Counted from the first letter of the stretch, positions 1 to 10,782 are shown. The stretch: 64,000 nt of DNA from an uncultured Parachlamydiaceae bacterium (GCA_963752155.1 CAVVXH010000017.1:1-64000), one strand, 5' to 3'. The notes: generated by a model not told the origin, from the letters alone. Numbers and translations are program-made.

Positions 1-40
1 TGTGCTCTTTGCGCCTTCGTGTCTCCTAAATAACAAGTTC

Positions 41-152
41 GCGCCTTGCCATTGGCGCCTGACCTGATATTCTGACATTTGCCCTCCTGGGAGGTTACGT
101 TATCATTGTAAGCAAATGTCAGAATTCAGGTCAGGCACCAATGGCAAGGCGC
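41..152. repeat. Repeat family A: long imperfect palindrome (MITE-like)
   Basis: Arm 41-82 (gcgccttgccattgg...ctgacatttgc) pairs with 112-152; related copies at 11865, 12133 and 56410. Confidence 0.9.
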
Positions 153-224
153 TTTAAAAATCTGTTATTTCCCGATAGGGGGCGCCGCAGGCAACTGTCT
201 CGCTTTGCGTTTAATTTTTTCTAT
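153..224. repeat. Repeat family C (gataggggg...ctgtctcgctttgcgtttaattttt)
   Basis: Near-identical to 12239-12310 and partly to 36149-36214. Confidence 0.8.
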
Positions 225-235
225 AGGTTACGAGT

Positions 236-1633
236 TCATTGTCTTATGGAGCGAAAAGTTTGGTTCTGTGATATTTTCCAGCGCATGCTAAAAAAGCGGT
301 AAAGATAGATTGAGCAAGTGACGACTCCGTAAAAGGCAGTGATCGCCCAAGCCATATCTGCTTTGTGATTATAAAGCACTAGTAAAATATAGGTAGGAAG
401 GAGGGCAAAAAGCCATACACTTGTTCCTCCTATTTTAAGTACAAACTTAGTATCCCCAGCTGCGGTCAAAAGACCGACGACTAACCAATGAATTCCATCA
501 AATAAAAAGAAAATCCATACCCAAACGCATGAGGAAGCAACGAGAGTAAGAACTTCTTCAGAAACCGCTCCTTCTGAACCCAGAAAAAAGCAAATGAAGG
601 GTTTAAGATCTAAAGCTAAAAAAAGGCCAGAAAAGATAAATAAACATAAATAAAATTTAATTCCGGAAAATAAAAGTTTCCTAAGACCTCCCCATTGCTG
701 AGCTCCAATCATATTTGATGCGATCGCTGTGGCGCCTTTGCTCACCCCTTCGGTTAAAAAAGTAAAGAGAAAAAAGATACTTTGCGCAATAGATGCGACG
801 GTGAGTTGCTCTTCACCTAAGGACATTAATATTCTAAAAAAGAGAGCCCAAGCAAGAATTTCAATCGTATGAGCCAACGAACTAGGAAAACCCAAACGAA
901 TACATTGGTAAAATTCATTCCATACAAATTGATAGTTTCCCGTTCCATATTTTGTACGATTGCGCTTACGGAGGAAATCAATAAATAGAACTAAGGCTTG
1001 AAATAATTGGGATAAACCAGTAGCCAGGGCTGCTCCGGTAATTCCCATTGCAGGAATAAATGGTTCAATTCCAAAAATGAGCACATACGCAAGTCCTGTG
1101 TTTAAGACATTAGAAGCTATCACTAGAGCTGTAATGAATTTTACTTGTCCTCGACCGATATAAAAGGCTGAAAGGGAACTGGCCAAACAAAAGATAGGTC
1201 CGAAATACATCATGACACTAAAATAGTCGATTTCCATGGAACGATAACGTGACCCGGCAAAAATATAGTCTCCGGCAAAATACCCTAAGGGGATGAATAT
1301 AAAAAGAGTAAAAAATGATAACCAAATCATTTGCCAAACTGGGACTCCAAGTTGCTTTAATTTGCCTGCTCCAAAATGACGCCCCACAAAAACTTCTCCG
1401 ATACAGGTCGTGCAAATGAAGGCAAACTGCAAAAAACTAACAATTGTTCCAGCAGACGTTGCGGCATTATGTGATTCAATCGAGAAGTTTATTAATAGTA
1501 AACGATCCCAAAAAAACATCAAACTGGCAGACATAAGAGATAACATTAAAGGAAAGGAAATTGCCCAAAGTTCCCGCAAACTTCCTCGGGGGTGAGAAGT
1601 AAGTTTAAAAGTATTTGACTTTGAAGTGGACAT
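236..1633 (-). CDS. MATE family efflux transporter
   Basis: About 12 hydrophobic segments in two repeats, motifs G.AGAALAT and LTAAGDT; ATG at 1633 preferred over TTG at 1690. Confidence 0.9.
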   Translation of the reverse strand: MSTSKSNTFKLTSHPRGSLRELWAISFPLMLSLMSASLMFFWDRLLLINFSIESHNAATSAGTIVSFLQFAFICTTCIGEVFVGRHFGAGKLKQLGVPVWQMIWLSFFTLFIFIPLGYFAGDYIFAGSRYRSMEIDYFSVMMYFGPIFCLASSLSAFYIGRGQVKFITALVIASNVLNTGLAYVLIFGIEPFIPAMGITGAALATGLSQLFQALVLFIDFLRKRNRTKYGTGNYQFVWNEFYQCIRLGFPSSLAHTIEILAWALFFRILMSLGEEQLTVASIAQSIFFLFTFLTEGVSKGATAIASNMIGAQQWGGLRKLLFSGIKFYLCLFIFSGLFLALDLKPFICFFLGSEGAVSEEVLTLVASSCVWVWIFFLFDGIHWLVVGLLTAAGDTKFVLKIGGTSVWLFALLPTYILLVLYNHKADMAWAITAFYGVVTCSIYLYRFFSMRWKISQNQTFRSIRQ

Positions 1634-1773
1634 GCATTTTTCCTGAGTTAATATTAATGATAGAAAAATAGAAATAAGATTATATATCAATTATACTATA
1701 CTTTATTTTAAAAGTAAAGCGCTAAAACATTACTTTGCTCTAAAACATTAGCAAAGTAGAAATGAGAAATGTG

Positions 1774-1845
1774 CAGCAATTCCCGTTCATTTTCGGGCAC
1801 GGGCACGCACGCAGGCACGGACACTAAAATGAGCGGGAATTGCTG
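1774..1845. repeat. Repeat family D (cagcaattcccgct termini with gggcac hexamers)
   Basis: Inverted termini cagcaattcccg / cgggaattgctg; many copies in the window. Confidence 0.85.
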
Positions 1846-1872
1846 ATACATGTGGGATGAGAAATAAAATAC

Positions 1873-2015
1873 ATCCCCAAATCGACATTTTGTCGATTTG
1901 GGGATGTTCTTTCTGTTAATATTTTTGATCCCGAAATCAACAAAATGTCATTTTGGGGATCTTTTTTTGAATCAACTTTTTGATCCCGAAATCGACATTT
2001 TGTCGATTTGGGGAT
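1873..2015. repeat. Three 33-bp palindromes at a 55-bp period
   Basis: atccccaaatcgacattttgtcgatttggggat-like units start at 1873, 1928 and 1983. Confidence 0.9.
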
Positions 2016-2136
2016 TGATTTAGCTCTAATTATTTATTATGATGACAGTAATTCTCGCTGATTTTTTTTCAGGCATGAGCACGAAAATTAGCGGCTGAAA
2101 GTTTAGAAAAAAGGCATTTCACCCAGGATAGAACAA

Positions 2137-3570
2137 ATGACAACATCACCATTCATTGGACGAGAGCCTGAAATGATCAGACTAAAGAGTCTTTTAAGCA
2201 AAAGAAGTTCTAGTTTAGTAGTTGTAAGAGGTAGGCGCAGGATAGGCAAAAGTAGGCTTCTTTCAGAGTTTGGTAAAGAGATGAAAAGCTTTTTCTTTTC
2301 TGGAATGCCCCCTCTTTCTAAGATGAACGCACAGCTTCAACGCGAAGAATTTTCTAATCAAATGACTAGGAATGGCTTACCAGGCGTTAAACCTGATGAT
2401 TGGGGAAATCTTTTTTGGGCGTTATCCAAATATACTGAAGAAGGAGAAGTCCTTATTGTTTTCGATGAAATTTCTTGGATGGGAGAAAAAGATCCGACTT
2501 TTTTAGGTAAGTTAAAAACGGCTTGGGACATGTATTTCAGTAAAAATCCCAATTTAATCATGGCCCTTTGCGGTTCCATCTCTTCGTGGATAGAAAAAAA
2601 TATTTTAAGCAATACAGGTTTTGTAGGAAGAATTACTCTCGATCTAATTTTGGAAGAGCTTCCACTTAATGTTTGCAATGCATTTTGGTACCCAAAAGAA
2701 AAACGTATTGCAGCTTTTGAAAAATTTAAGCTTTTGTCTATTACAGGTGGTGTTCCTCGTTATCTCGAAGAAATTATGCCAGATCTACCTGCAGAGAAAA
2801 ATATTTATAATCTTTGTTTTAATCGAGGTGGATTATTAGTGCGAGAATTCGATGAAATCTTCTCTGATCTTTTTTCACGCCGAAGTAAGAGTTACAAAGA
2901 AATTGTTATAAGTCTAGCAGATGGTTCAAAAGAACTCCCAGAAATTTGTGAAGAATTAAAGAAAAGTCGAGGAGGATTACTCAATAAATACCTAGATGAT
3001 TTGGTTAAAGCTGGATTTGTTCAACGAGATTACACTTGGTCTTTAGCAGATGGAAAAGAAGGAAAACTAAGCCGTTATCGTTTGAGTGATAATTATCTTC
3101 GGTTTTACTTAAAGTACGTTTCTAAAAATCTTACGAAGATTGAAAAAGGCGATTTTTCTCCCTCTTTATTAGCCACTTTACCTGGTTGGGAAGGGATCAT
3201 GGGCTTACAATTTGAAAATCTTGTGGTCCATAATCGTAAAACTATTTGGAAATTAGCTGGAATACTACCAGAAGAAGTGGTCATGAGCGGTCCATTCTTC
3301 CAAAAATCAACTCAAAGACAGCCTGGATGCCAAATTGATTACTTGATTCAAACACGCTTTCAAAATTTATATATATGTGAAATTAAATTTTCTAAAGATC
3401 GTATAGGAAAAAAAATCATTGAAGAAATGGAAGAAAAAATCAAACGGTTAAAAGCACCGAAGCATTTTTCTATTAGACCCATTTTAATCCACGTGAATGG
3501 AGTCGAAGAGAGTGTTTTAGATGAGATGTATTTCGATAAAATCATCGACTTTGGTCAACTTCTGGGATAA
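2137..3570 (+). CDS. Archaeal-type AAA ATPase with probable winged-helix region and C-terminal PD-(D/E)XK (DUF234-like) domain
   Basis: FIGRE.E, Walker A GRRRIGKS, Walker B IVFDE, TGGVPRYL, C-terminal QIDYLI...ICEIK. Confidence 0.85.
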   Translation: MTTSPFIGREPEMIRLKSLLSKRSSSLVVVRGRRRIGKSRLLSEFGKEMKSFFFSGMPPLSKMNAQLQREEFSNQMTRNGLPGVKPDDWGNLFWALSKYTEEGEVLIVFDEISWMGEKDPTFLGKLKTAWDMYFSKNPNLIMALCGSISSWIEKNILSNTGFVGRITLDLILEELPLNVCNAFWYPKEKRIAAFEKFKLLSITGGVPRYLEEIMPDLPAEKNIYNLCFNRGGLLVREFDEIFSDLFSRRSKSYKEIVISLADGSKELPEICEELKKSRGGLLNKYLDDLVKAGFVQRDYTWSLADGKEGKLSRYRLSDNYLRFYLKYVSKNLTKIEKGDFSPSLLATLPGWEGIMGLQFENLVVHNRKTIWKLAGILPEEVVMSGPFFQKSTQRQPGCQIDYLIQTRFQNLYICEIKFSKDRIGKKIIEEMEEKIKRLKAPKHFSIRPILIHVNGVEESVLDEMYFDKIIDFGQLLG

Positions 3571-3579
3571 TAATCCCCT

Positions 3580-3687
3580 CAGCAATTCCCGCTAAACTTT
3601 CGTGCCCGTGTGCGTGCCCGTGCCCGAAAAATTTTGTAGATTTTACTAATTTTCGGGCACGGGCACGAAAATTAGCGGGAATTGCTG
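3580..3687. repeat. Repeat family D, long copy
   Basis: Inverted termini; overlaps and supplies the stop codon of the convergent transporter gene. Confidence 0.9.
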
Positions 3688-4952
3688 TAATCCCCTCTTT
3701 CTGTTTGACGTGCTAATCGCCAACTGATCCAGCCTGAACCTGCTGCCAGGGCAGCCCAAATCATTCCAAAACCTGCCACGGTCACTCCTAACGCTTCAAA
3801 GGCATTCACTGAAAATAAAGAAATCACATCCCCTGCTCTCCAGACCACAGTGTCTACTGCATTTTTACCTTTATAGCGCAATCTTCTAGGAACAAGAGTA
3901 TAAAGTGATTCACGTGCAGGCTGGATCATGCTGTGAGATAGAGATCGAGTAATAATCAACACCAAAGCTACAAATGGCAAGGTGCCAACGACCGGAGTGA
4001 GGGGATTGTCAATCAAAACCATCATCAAACAGGTGATCACCACGATCCCCGAGCTAACTGCAAAAACGACTCCTGCTCCATAGCGGATCAATAGCCATCG
4101 CGCTACAGTAAGCTGTAAAATGATTTGCAACGCATTTGATGCAAGGTCTATGTGGGCTGCAAAGCGTGTTTGAGCATTCGAGTTATTTAGGAAAGTAGCT
4201 CCTGAATAATCAGCAATTAAAGCATAGGCAATTGTCCCTATAGCATCATTCATGAGCATGATCAAGGACATGCTTCCAATAAACGGATTGCTAAAAATTT
4301 GTTGGAGTCCATCGAGCATTCCTCCACCAATCGCGGCTTCACTTCCGATTTCCTTGCGATGTGCTCCAAATTGATGAGCCCATTTTCCAAGCATAAGAAT
4401 GCATACGATAGCGAGTGCAAGTAAAACGGCCGAAATCGTTAATAAAGGGGCAGATCCAATAGTTTCGACTAGACTTTGTGTAATGAGAGGCCCTGCAATA
4501 GCTCCGATGGTGCCTCCTAGAGCGATAATGGGGAACAAGCGACGAGCTTGCCAATCGTTCCAAATGTCTGACATAAAGCTCCAAAACACGGAAACCACAA
4601 ATAAATTGAAAACACTGACCCAAACAAAAAAGACTAATCCGAGAACTTGAGTCGGTATTAAAGAACGATTATTGAAAAAGGGGATAAAACATAATTGACA
4701 GGCGACAAAAAATAAATAAACCAGGGGCATCGTCACTCGTCGTGGCCAGCGAGAAACGAACCAGGAAAAGAGGGGAGTTAAAAGTAACATGGCCACTAGT
4801 GTTGCAATGAAAAATAGAGAGAGCTTTACTGAGCCGACTTCAGCCGCCAATTGGTCCCGCATGGGACGCATGACATAATAGGCTGCTAATACACAAAAAT
4901 AATAAATGAATGAAAGAGCAACACCATACCCTTCCTTTGCTTTGACTTTCAT
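3672..4952 (-). CDS. MFS transporter, NTP/NDP-exchange-like (COG3202-like)
   Basis: Motifs YY.MRPMRD, FNLFVVSVFWSFM.D, ARRLF, PARESLY, RYKGKN.VDT.V.R.GD. Confidence 0.8.
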   Translation of the reverse strand: MKVKAKEGYGVALSFIYYFCVLAAYYVMRPMRDQLAAEVGSVKLSLFFIATLVAMLLLTPLFSWFVSRWPRRVTMPLVYLFFVACQLCFIPFFNNRSLIPTQVLGLVFFVWVSVFNLFVVSVFWSFMSDIWNDWQARRLFPIIALGGTIGAIAGPLITQSLVETIGSAPLLTISAVLLALAIVCILMLGKWAHQFGAHRKEIGSEAAIGGGMLDGLQQIFSNPFIGSMSLIMLMNDAIGTIAYALIADYSGATFLNNSNAQTRFAAHIDLASNALQIILQLTVARWLLIRYGAGVVFAVSSGIVVITCLMMVLIDNPLTPVVGTLPFVALVLIITRSLSHSMIQPARESLYTLVPRRLRYKGKNAVDTVVWRAGDVISLFSVNAFEALGVTVAGFGMIWAALAAGSGWISWRLARQTERGDYSNSR

Positions 4953-5002
4953 GTAGAGCTATCGGTTAATGAAATATAAAAATGATGCCAAGGCAAGAAA
5001 AT

Positions 5003-5076
5003 TGAGTCTTGATGGACTCGAACCATCGACCCCCTCATTAAAAGTGAGGTGCTCTAACCAACTGAGCTAAAGACTC
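5003..5076 (-). tRNA. tRNA-Lys(TTT)
   Basis: Cloverleaf GAGTCTTTAGCTCAGTTGGTTAGAGC...CTTTTAA...GGTTCGAGTCC. Confidence 0.97.
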
Positions 5077-5078
5077 AT

Positions 5079-5153
5079 TGACCCCGAGGGGATTCGAACC
5101 CCTGTTCTCGGAATGAAAATCCGGTGTCCTAGGCCGGGCTGGACGACGGGGCC
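5079..5153 (-). tRNA. tRNA-Glu(TTC)
   Basis: Cloverleaf GGCCCCGTCGTCCAGC...TTTTCAT...GGTTCGAATCCC. Confidence 0.95.
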
Positions 5154-5292
5154 ATTAGAACGTTTCTAAAGGCTTGTTTCGCAGCTGCGAGACTTGCATA
5201 CTTGCGAAACTTGATCTTATCTCTTTTTCGATTTTTCTGCCAATAGTTAAATGAAAATAAATGAAAAAAATGCTCCTAAATATCCTACAGCC

Positions 5293-5844
5293 TTATATTG
5301 TAGAGACTTCTTTTTCCTTTTTAGCACAAAGATCATCAGCTTCTTTGCAAGTTTCATCGGTCAATTCTTGAATCTTCTTCTCCATTTTTTTCATCTGATC
5401 TTCAGCGAGAATTCCTTCATTCTTTTGTTTGCGCACTAACTCATTACCATCACGACGAATGTTGCGGATGGCAATTTTGGCTTCTTCAAGCATTTTATAA
5501 CATTGTTTGATCATACTTTTGCGCATATTTTCATCCATCTGCCCTATTTTGATACGGACAAGATTTCCATCCACGATAGGCATCACGCCAAGATTAGCTT
5601 TTTCGATCGCTTTGCCAATGACAGAAGCATTTTTGGTATCAAAGGGGGTGATCAGGAGAAGCCTTGCTTCAGGAGTTGTAATAGACGCGATATCTTTAAG
5701 GCGCATAGGTGAGCCATAAACTTCTACCATGACATGATCCAACATGGCAGGATTTGCCCGTCCGGTGCGAATACTCTTCAATTCATTTTTTAAATGTTCA
5801 AGAGCACCATTCATTTTGCTTTTTGTTTGTGCAGCGACATCCAT
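5293..5844 (-). CDS. frr: Ribosome recycling factor
   Basis: IRTGRANP and IRNIRRD motifs; lies downstream of pyrH. Confidence 0.97.
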   Translation of the reverse strand: MDVAAQTKSKMNGALEHLKNELKSIRTGRANPAMLDHVMVEVYGSPMRLKDIASITTPEARLLLITPFDTKNASVIGKAIEKANLGVMPIVDGNLVRIKIGQMDENMRKSMIKQCYKMLEEAKIAIRNIRRDGNELVRKQKNEGILAEDQMKKMEKKIQELTDETCKEADDLCAKKEKEVSTI

Positions 5845-5866
5845 ATTTAGCTCCTAATTCTTAGGT

Positions 5867-6601
5867 TTATTCACTTACAAAAGACCCATTTTGCAGATTA
5901 AAAAGAAGAGGGCCTAACTCGGGGTTATCCAATAATTTTTGCATATTGAAGACAAAGATCGGCAAAGAGTTACTTCTGCATAAGGCTATAGCGGTTCCAT
6001 CCATGACTCCAAGTTCCTCCGAGAGAGCTTGGGAATAAGTGATGGTGTCATATTTTACGGCATCTTTAAATTTTATCGGATCTTTAGTGTAAATTCCATT
6101 GACTTTAGTCGCTTTGACCAACAAGTCGGCCCCTATTTCACAAGCACGTAGAGCTGCTGCAGAATCTGTTGTAAAATAAGGATTTCCTGTACCCCCCACA
6201 AAGATGGGCAATATTCCTTTAGAAATATATTCAATCGTTCTTTCCCAGTTATAGGCTTCAACCATTTTGGGACATTCAATGGCACTAATGACTTTAGATT
6301 CGCATCCTAGGGTTTGTAGAGCTTGCTGTAAAGAAATGCCATTCATTAAAGTTGCTAGCATCCCTATTTGGTCTGCAGCTGAACGCTGCATTCCACTGCC
6401 CTCTAGATGGATACCGCGAAAAATGTTGCCTCCACCGATGACAACTGCAACCTGCAGATCTCTTTGCAAGATAGATAATGCTTTAGAAAGATTTTTACAT
6501 GCCAAATGATTGATGCCAAATTCTTGTTCACCCATCAATAGTTCGCCGGAAATTTTTAGCAATATACGTTTGAAGGGCTGCTTTAAATGCGATAAAACCA
6601 T
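5867..6601 (-). CDS. pyrH: UMP kinase
   Basis: RILLKISGE, GGGNIFRG, GTGNPYFTTDSAAALRA. Confidence 0.97.
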   Translation of the reverse strand: MVLSHLKQPFKRILLKISGELLMGEQEFGINHLACKNLSKALSILQRDLQVAVVIGGGNIFRGIHLEGSGMQRSAADQIGMLATLMNGISLQQALQTLGCESKVISAIECPKMVEAYNWERTIEYISKGILPIFVGGTGNPYFTTDSAAALRACEIGADLLVKATKVNGIYTKDPIKFKDAVKYDTITYSQALSEELGVMDGTAIALCRSNSLPIFVFNMQKLLDNPELGPLLFNLQNGSFVSE

Positions 6602-6830
6602 TTTAAACCATCGTCATTATGAAAAGATCTCTAAGGTCTAATGTAGGTCTCTTTTAATTTAAAAGCAAGTGTAGGTTTTCTCAGGAGTGCAATTAAAAGA
6701 GAAAAGCCTTGATGCTAACCTCTGATGAAGCTTGATTGATAAGTATCTAATATAGATCCAACACTAGACATAGTCTGATATAACAATCCATTTTTAAAGC
6801 AGAGGCGCAAGGTCGCTGGGAGGCGGAGAG

Positions 6831-7922
6831 TTACAAACCATTAACCACTCTTGGCAAGCCTTCTATAAGTCGCTGCTTCTTAAGCTCAAGATTGCCAAGT
6901 TGACCACATGCAGCCATGATCTGCCTTCCCTTCGTTCTGCGACGCATTGTTTGATAACCCCGGCTGCGAAGGTGCCCGATAAAAGCATTGATCACTAATT
7001 CATCAGGTGGTGCAAAACCGTCTCTAGTCTGCTTGTTATAGGGAATTACATTAATTTTCACCGAAAGTCCCTGGAGATATTTTGCTAATTGCTCAGCATG
7101 TTCAAGCGAATCATTGATATCCTGAAGCAATACATAGGCAATTAATATCTCACGGCCTTTTTTGAGGTTATAATTTCTCATCGCTTCATATAATTCTTGA
7201 AGGTTGTGTTTGCGATTAATCGGCATGAGACGGTTACGTAATTCATCTTCAGGTGCTGTCAATGAAACTGCCAGATTAGGTATCTCCCTTGTTTCTTCAG
7301 TAAAACGTGCTATACCTTCAACTAATCCTACAGTAGATATTGTTATATTCTTTCTACCAAAAGCTAACCCCGTCGGATCTAAAAGTATTCTCACAGCCTG
7401 CATAACGGATTCATAATTATCAAAAGGCTCACCCATCCCCATAAAAACCACATTGCGCATTTTAAAGCCAAGCTGATGCCTTGCAATAAACACCTGTGCA
7501 ATGATTTCTGCCGGCGTTAAGTTATGGAGAAGTCCCATACGACCTGTTTCACAAAAAGCACAACCTAAGCGACAACCAACTTGAGATGAAACACATAAGG
7601 TGCCTCCGGCTTGCATCGGAATACACACGGATTCGATGTAAAACTTATCACGTGTGCTTAGTAAAAATTTGCCGGTCTCGCCTTCTTCTTTTTGATCAAA
7701 AAGTACCGGCAAGGTGAAATCAGTTAGGGATATGATTTCATCAATTAGGTGTTGACTATTCTTAAAGAAAGGATCTTCTCTGTTAATTACATTATGTCGC
7801 ATGAGTTGCGAATAAATTTGCTGGGCATGCTGAAATCCTTTGCCTAAATGCTGGAAAATCTGCTGGGCAAATGAGTTATGGGTGTGAGCAAAGAATGAAA
7901 TCTTTGGTGATAGTGGCGTCAT
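6831..7922 (-). CDS. rlmN: RlmN-family radical SAM RNA methyltransferase
   Basis: CVSSQVGC..GC.FC, FMGMGEP, AACGQL. Confidence 0.92.
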   Translation of the reverse strand: MTPLSPKISFFAHTHNSFAQQIFQHLGKGFQHAQQIYSQLMRHNVINREDPFFKNSQHLIDEIISLTDFTLPVLFDQKEEGETGKFLLSTRDKFYIESVCIPMQAGGTLCVSSQVGCRLGCAFCETGRMGLLHNLTPAEIIAQVFIARHQLGFKMRNVVFMGMGEPFDNYESVMQAVRILLDPTGLAFGRKNITISTVGLVEGIARFTEETREIPNLAVSLTAPEDELRNRLMPINRKHNLQELYEAMRNYNLKKGREILIAYVLLQDINDSLEHAEQLAKYLQGLSVKINVIPYNKQTRDGFAPPDELVINAFIGHLRSRGYQTMRRRTKGRQIMAACGQLGNLELKKQRLIEGLPRVVNGL

Positions 7923-8049
7923 AATATCAAAATTTTCGTGGAGGTTAATACGTAGAATTGTTTAGCAAAAAACTGAATTGTAAGCAATAGGGGATTTTAA
8001 AGAGCACAAAGAGATCTTACATGAAACTTTATCCCTTAGTGCCTTGATT

Positions 8050-9447
8050 CTACGCACAATTAGGACAATTAAAAAATGCTTTTTGTTCGGGTGTTAGCTC
8101 ATCAATATAAACAAATTTAGCCCCCATTTCCGTTAATTTTTCAGAATATGGCTCTAAACTTTTTCTATTTCCTAAAATAATCGTTTCTTCTTGAACAATA
8201 GGTAAATTAAAAATTTCGCCTTGATTCATGAAAGGTTCCAATAAAGAAGCTTCTTCGCCAGTCTTAACATTCGGCTCCAGAGAACTTGCATTTCCAGTCG
8301 TGACTTTTTGAGGATTTCCACGAAGAACCACAATGTCTCCATAATTCCATGCGATTTTGTTTTTTAAAGTTCTTACTTCAGGTAATAACTTTGGATAATG
8401 AAATTGAATGTCCCTTGCTTGATAAAGCTTTTTAATACATTCGGTTATCTTTTCTGGGTTCTGTGACATTGCCTTCGTGTATTTTTTAGCTAAATATTTA
8501 TCAACAGGATTTCCTTCATGCATTTGGAAGGCTATGCGCGTAATAAATATTCGATCTACTTTCTCATTTCTTCCTTTGAGTAATTCCTCCTCAATCCCTT
8601 GAACATTAGTCAAAATCCCAACGTAATCTTGCTTATGTAAATTTCCGAGGACGTCAACGTAAGTCATAGGCTTGAACAAGAAGCCGTGTTTAGAAATTCT
8701 GCGCAGCCATTTTAATTCCAAATATTCTAATTGATTTAATTTAATTTTTGGAGATAACTCCTTCCATCGACTTATTTCATTTTCATTTAATTTAGAATCT
8801 TTACATTTTTCATAATATTCATGTTTCCATTCGCTACGTATATTTTCTGGAATTCTATAAAGAGCCTCGACTTCTTCTTCCTCTTCATTCGAAAGGCTTG
8901 TTAGAGTTGATAATGTTTCTCTTCTCTCAAGTTGTTCTTTGGTTAGGAATGATCCATTATTAATAGCTTCATTTTCAAGCTGTGACAAAAGTGTATCAAT
9001 ATCAACAGCTTCTTGATAAGTGATCATATGTCTTTTATTTAAAACTCTATATTCTTTATATTCTGCATCGGAGATTTCATTTTGTTGTGTTTTTAAAAGA
9101 GCTTCTAATTCATTTAATTTTTTTAGATCTTTTTCTGTTAAAATATTTTGTTTTATTTTAGCTAAGTCTTCTTTGGAAAATTCTGGTAGATGAATACGAT
9201 TTCTTTCGCCATATTGCATACCAGCTTCATATTCTACCCATTTTTTCAAGCGAAGGATCCCTTCTGAAGGCATGATTTGTCTTGATTGAACAACTCCTTC
9301 AAAATTACCAGGCCAAACCGCATGGGCGATATAATCATGACCAAAATCAGAGATCCATTGATCCATCACTTCCGATGGGGTAACTTGCTCAGTTTGTTGA
9401 AAGATTTTTTCAACACTGATAGAACGAGAAAAATTTAAAGATTCCAT
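8050..9447 (-). CDS. Hypothetical protein, Glu/Lys-rich
   Basis: 465-aa ORF with no recognised motif. Confidence 0.7.
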   Translation of the reverse strand: MESLNFSRSISVEKIFQQTEQVTPSEVMDQWISDFGHDYIAHAVWPGNFEGVVQSRQIMPSEGILRLKKWVEYEAGMQYGERNRIHLPEFSKEDLAKIKQNILTEKDLKKLNELEALLKTQQNEISDAEYKEYRVLNKRHMITYQEAVDIDTLLSQLENEAINNGSFLTKEQLERRETLSTLTSLSNEEEEEVEALYRIPENIRSEWKHEYYEKCKDSKLNENEISRWKELSPKIKLNQLEYLELKWLRRISKHGFLFKPMTYVDVLGNLHKQDYVGILTNVQGIEEELLKGRNEKVDRIFITRIAFQMHEGNPVDKYLAKKYTKAMSQNPEKITECIKKLYQARDIQFHYPKLLPEVRTLKNKIAWNYGDIVVLRGNPQKVTTGNASSLEPNVKTGEEASLLEPFMNQGEIFNLPIVQEETIILGNRKSLEPYSEKLTEMGAKFVYIDELTPEQKAFFNCPNCA

Positions 9448-9592
9448 AATTAATCCACTAATTTATTATTTCAAACCTCACCATAGTTTTATTATCCATA
9501 ATTAATATTTTAAATTCAATTAAATTTATAACTTTTTACGGGCGAAAACCGGTACATGAGGACCAAGGCACTACTGAGATTTTCTCAATTGA

Positions 9593-10624
9593 TTACTTTT
9601 CATCTCTTGAATAAAATCGAAATTTTATTTCTGGGTATCCCTTACGAACTTCTTCTGACCATTGTTCTGCTTCAGCTTTAGTGGGAAACATCATCGCGAC
9701 CGTTGCTAAAGCATCTGCAAGAATACAAGTGGGCGCTACTACCGTAGCACTGGCGACACTCCATTGATTCGAAACCAAAGGTTTACCGGTGAAAGAATCG
9801 ATGATATGAAAATAAGTCGTCTCCACACCATTTATAAAGACATTCCACTTTTGAATATAGTCACCACTGGTAGCCACAGATTGATTCGATAAGCTTACAT
9901 AGCCAAGAGCCTGTTGGGGGTGATCATTTTCCGGATGGCTAATCATGACATTCCAAGGGCGCTTTTCAGGATGCATTCCGTTAGCACGCACTTCACCCTC
10001 CCATTCTACAAAAACATCGTTAAATCCAGCATAAACAAGCCTTTCAACAAGGAGGTCTACACAAAAGCCCTTTGCGATACCTCCAAGATCTAAAGCTGTT
10101 AAGTCATGGTCCTTGTAATACTTTCCTTGGTGAAAATGTATTTTATCCCAGCCGACCGCAGGCTTTATCTTTTGAAGATCAGTTTCGCTGGGAAGAACAC
10201 CCTTTTCCAAATGACTTTTCCACAGTTGTTGTAGGGGTTCAATTGTGGGGTCAAACCTGCCTTCACTTAATTTTACGAAATGATCAGTTAAAATCAGAAA
10301 GCTCTCTAACTGGGAAGAGAGGGTTACTTGTTCATTTGCCTTTAAGCGATTTAGCTTAGAAAGCTCAGACTCCGGATTCCATTTATTATAGATATTATCA
10401 ATTTCTCTAAATGTATTGAAAATAATTTTTTGGATATTTTGTTGATCGATTGAAGTCATCTGACCGCCAATCATAATATGATAGTCCATGGTCATTTCTG
10501 TGCCATCGAATCTGTGGATTGTTGAAGCAGCTTCCAGGGAAGAAGCTATTGAGTTAGCAGCGAAAATAAGGTTTACCAAAACCAAAACAATGCTAGATGA
10601 AAATTTAATTAGAAAGTAATGCAT
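9593..10624 (-). CDS. apbE: FAD:protein FMN transferase
   Basis: FDPTI.PL, LDLGGIAKG, VATSGDY, HIID, ADALAT. Confidence 0.92.
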   Translation of the reverse strand: MHYFLIKFSSSIVLVLVNLIFAANSIASSLEAASTIHRFDGTEMTMDYHIMIGGQMTSIDQQNIQKIIFNTFREIDNIYNKWNPESELSKLNRLKANEQVTLSSQLESFLILTDHFVKLSEGRFDPTIEPLQQLWKSHLEKGVLPSETDLQKIKPAVGWDKIHFHQGKYYKDHDLTALDLGGIAKGFCVDLLVERLVYAGFNDVFVEWEGEVRANGMHPEKRPWNVMISHPENDHPQQALGYVSLSNQSVATSGDYIQKWNVFINGVETTYFHIIDSFTGKPLVSNQWSVASATVVAPTCILADALATVAMMFPTKAEAEQWSEEVRKGYPEIKFRFYSRDEK

Positions 10625-10673
10625 GTATAACGTCCTTATTATAAATCAGAATCAAGTAATTATTTAGACTGAC

Positions 10674-10702
10674 TTGACATCAATTAAGGCATAGTCTATC
10701 CT
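10674..10702 (+). promoter_or_regulatory. Putative sigma70/sigma66 promoter
   Basis: TTGACA-17 nt-TATCCT upstream of the ORF at 10783. Confidence 0.5.
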
Positions 10703-10782
10703 TCTTATGTGCCTCGAAAATTTGAGGCGGTAGAGTTATTATTGACTATACATCATTAATTTAACAACCAAAAAGGTGGACT

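Noticed and set aside
1873..2015. Possible mini CRISPR array
   Set aside because: Only three units, fully palindromic with one inverted centre, short similar T-rich spacers, and no cas genes in the window
8037..9574. Short inverted match (tagtgccttg / caaggcacta) flanking the 465-aa orphan gene
   Set aside because: Too short, with no target duplication or transposase features
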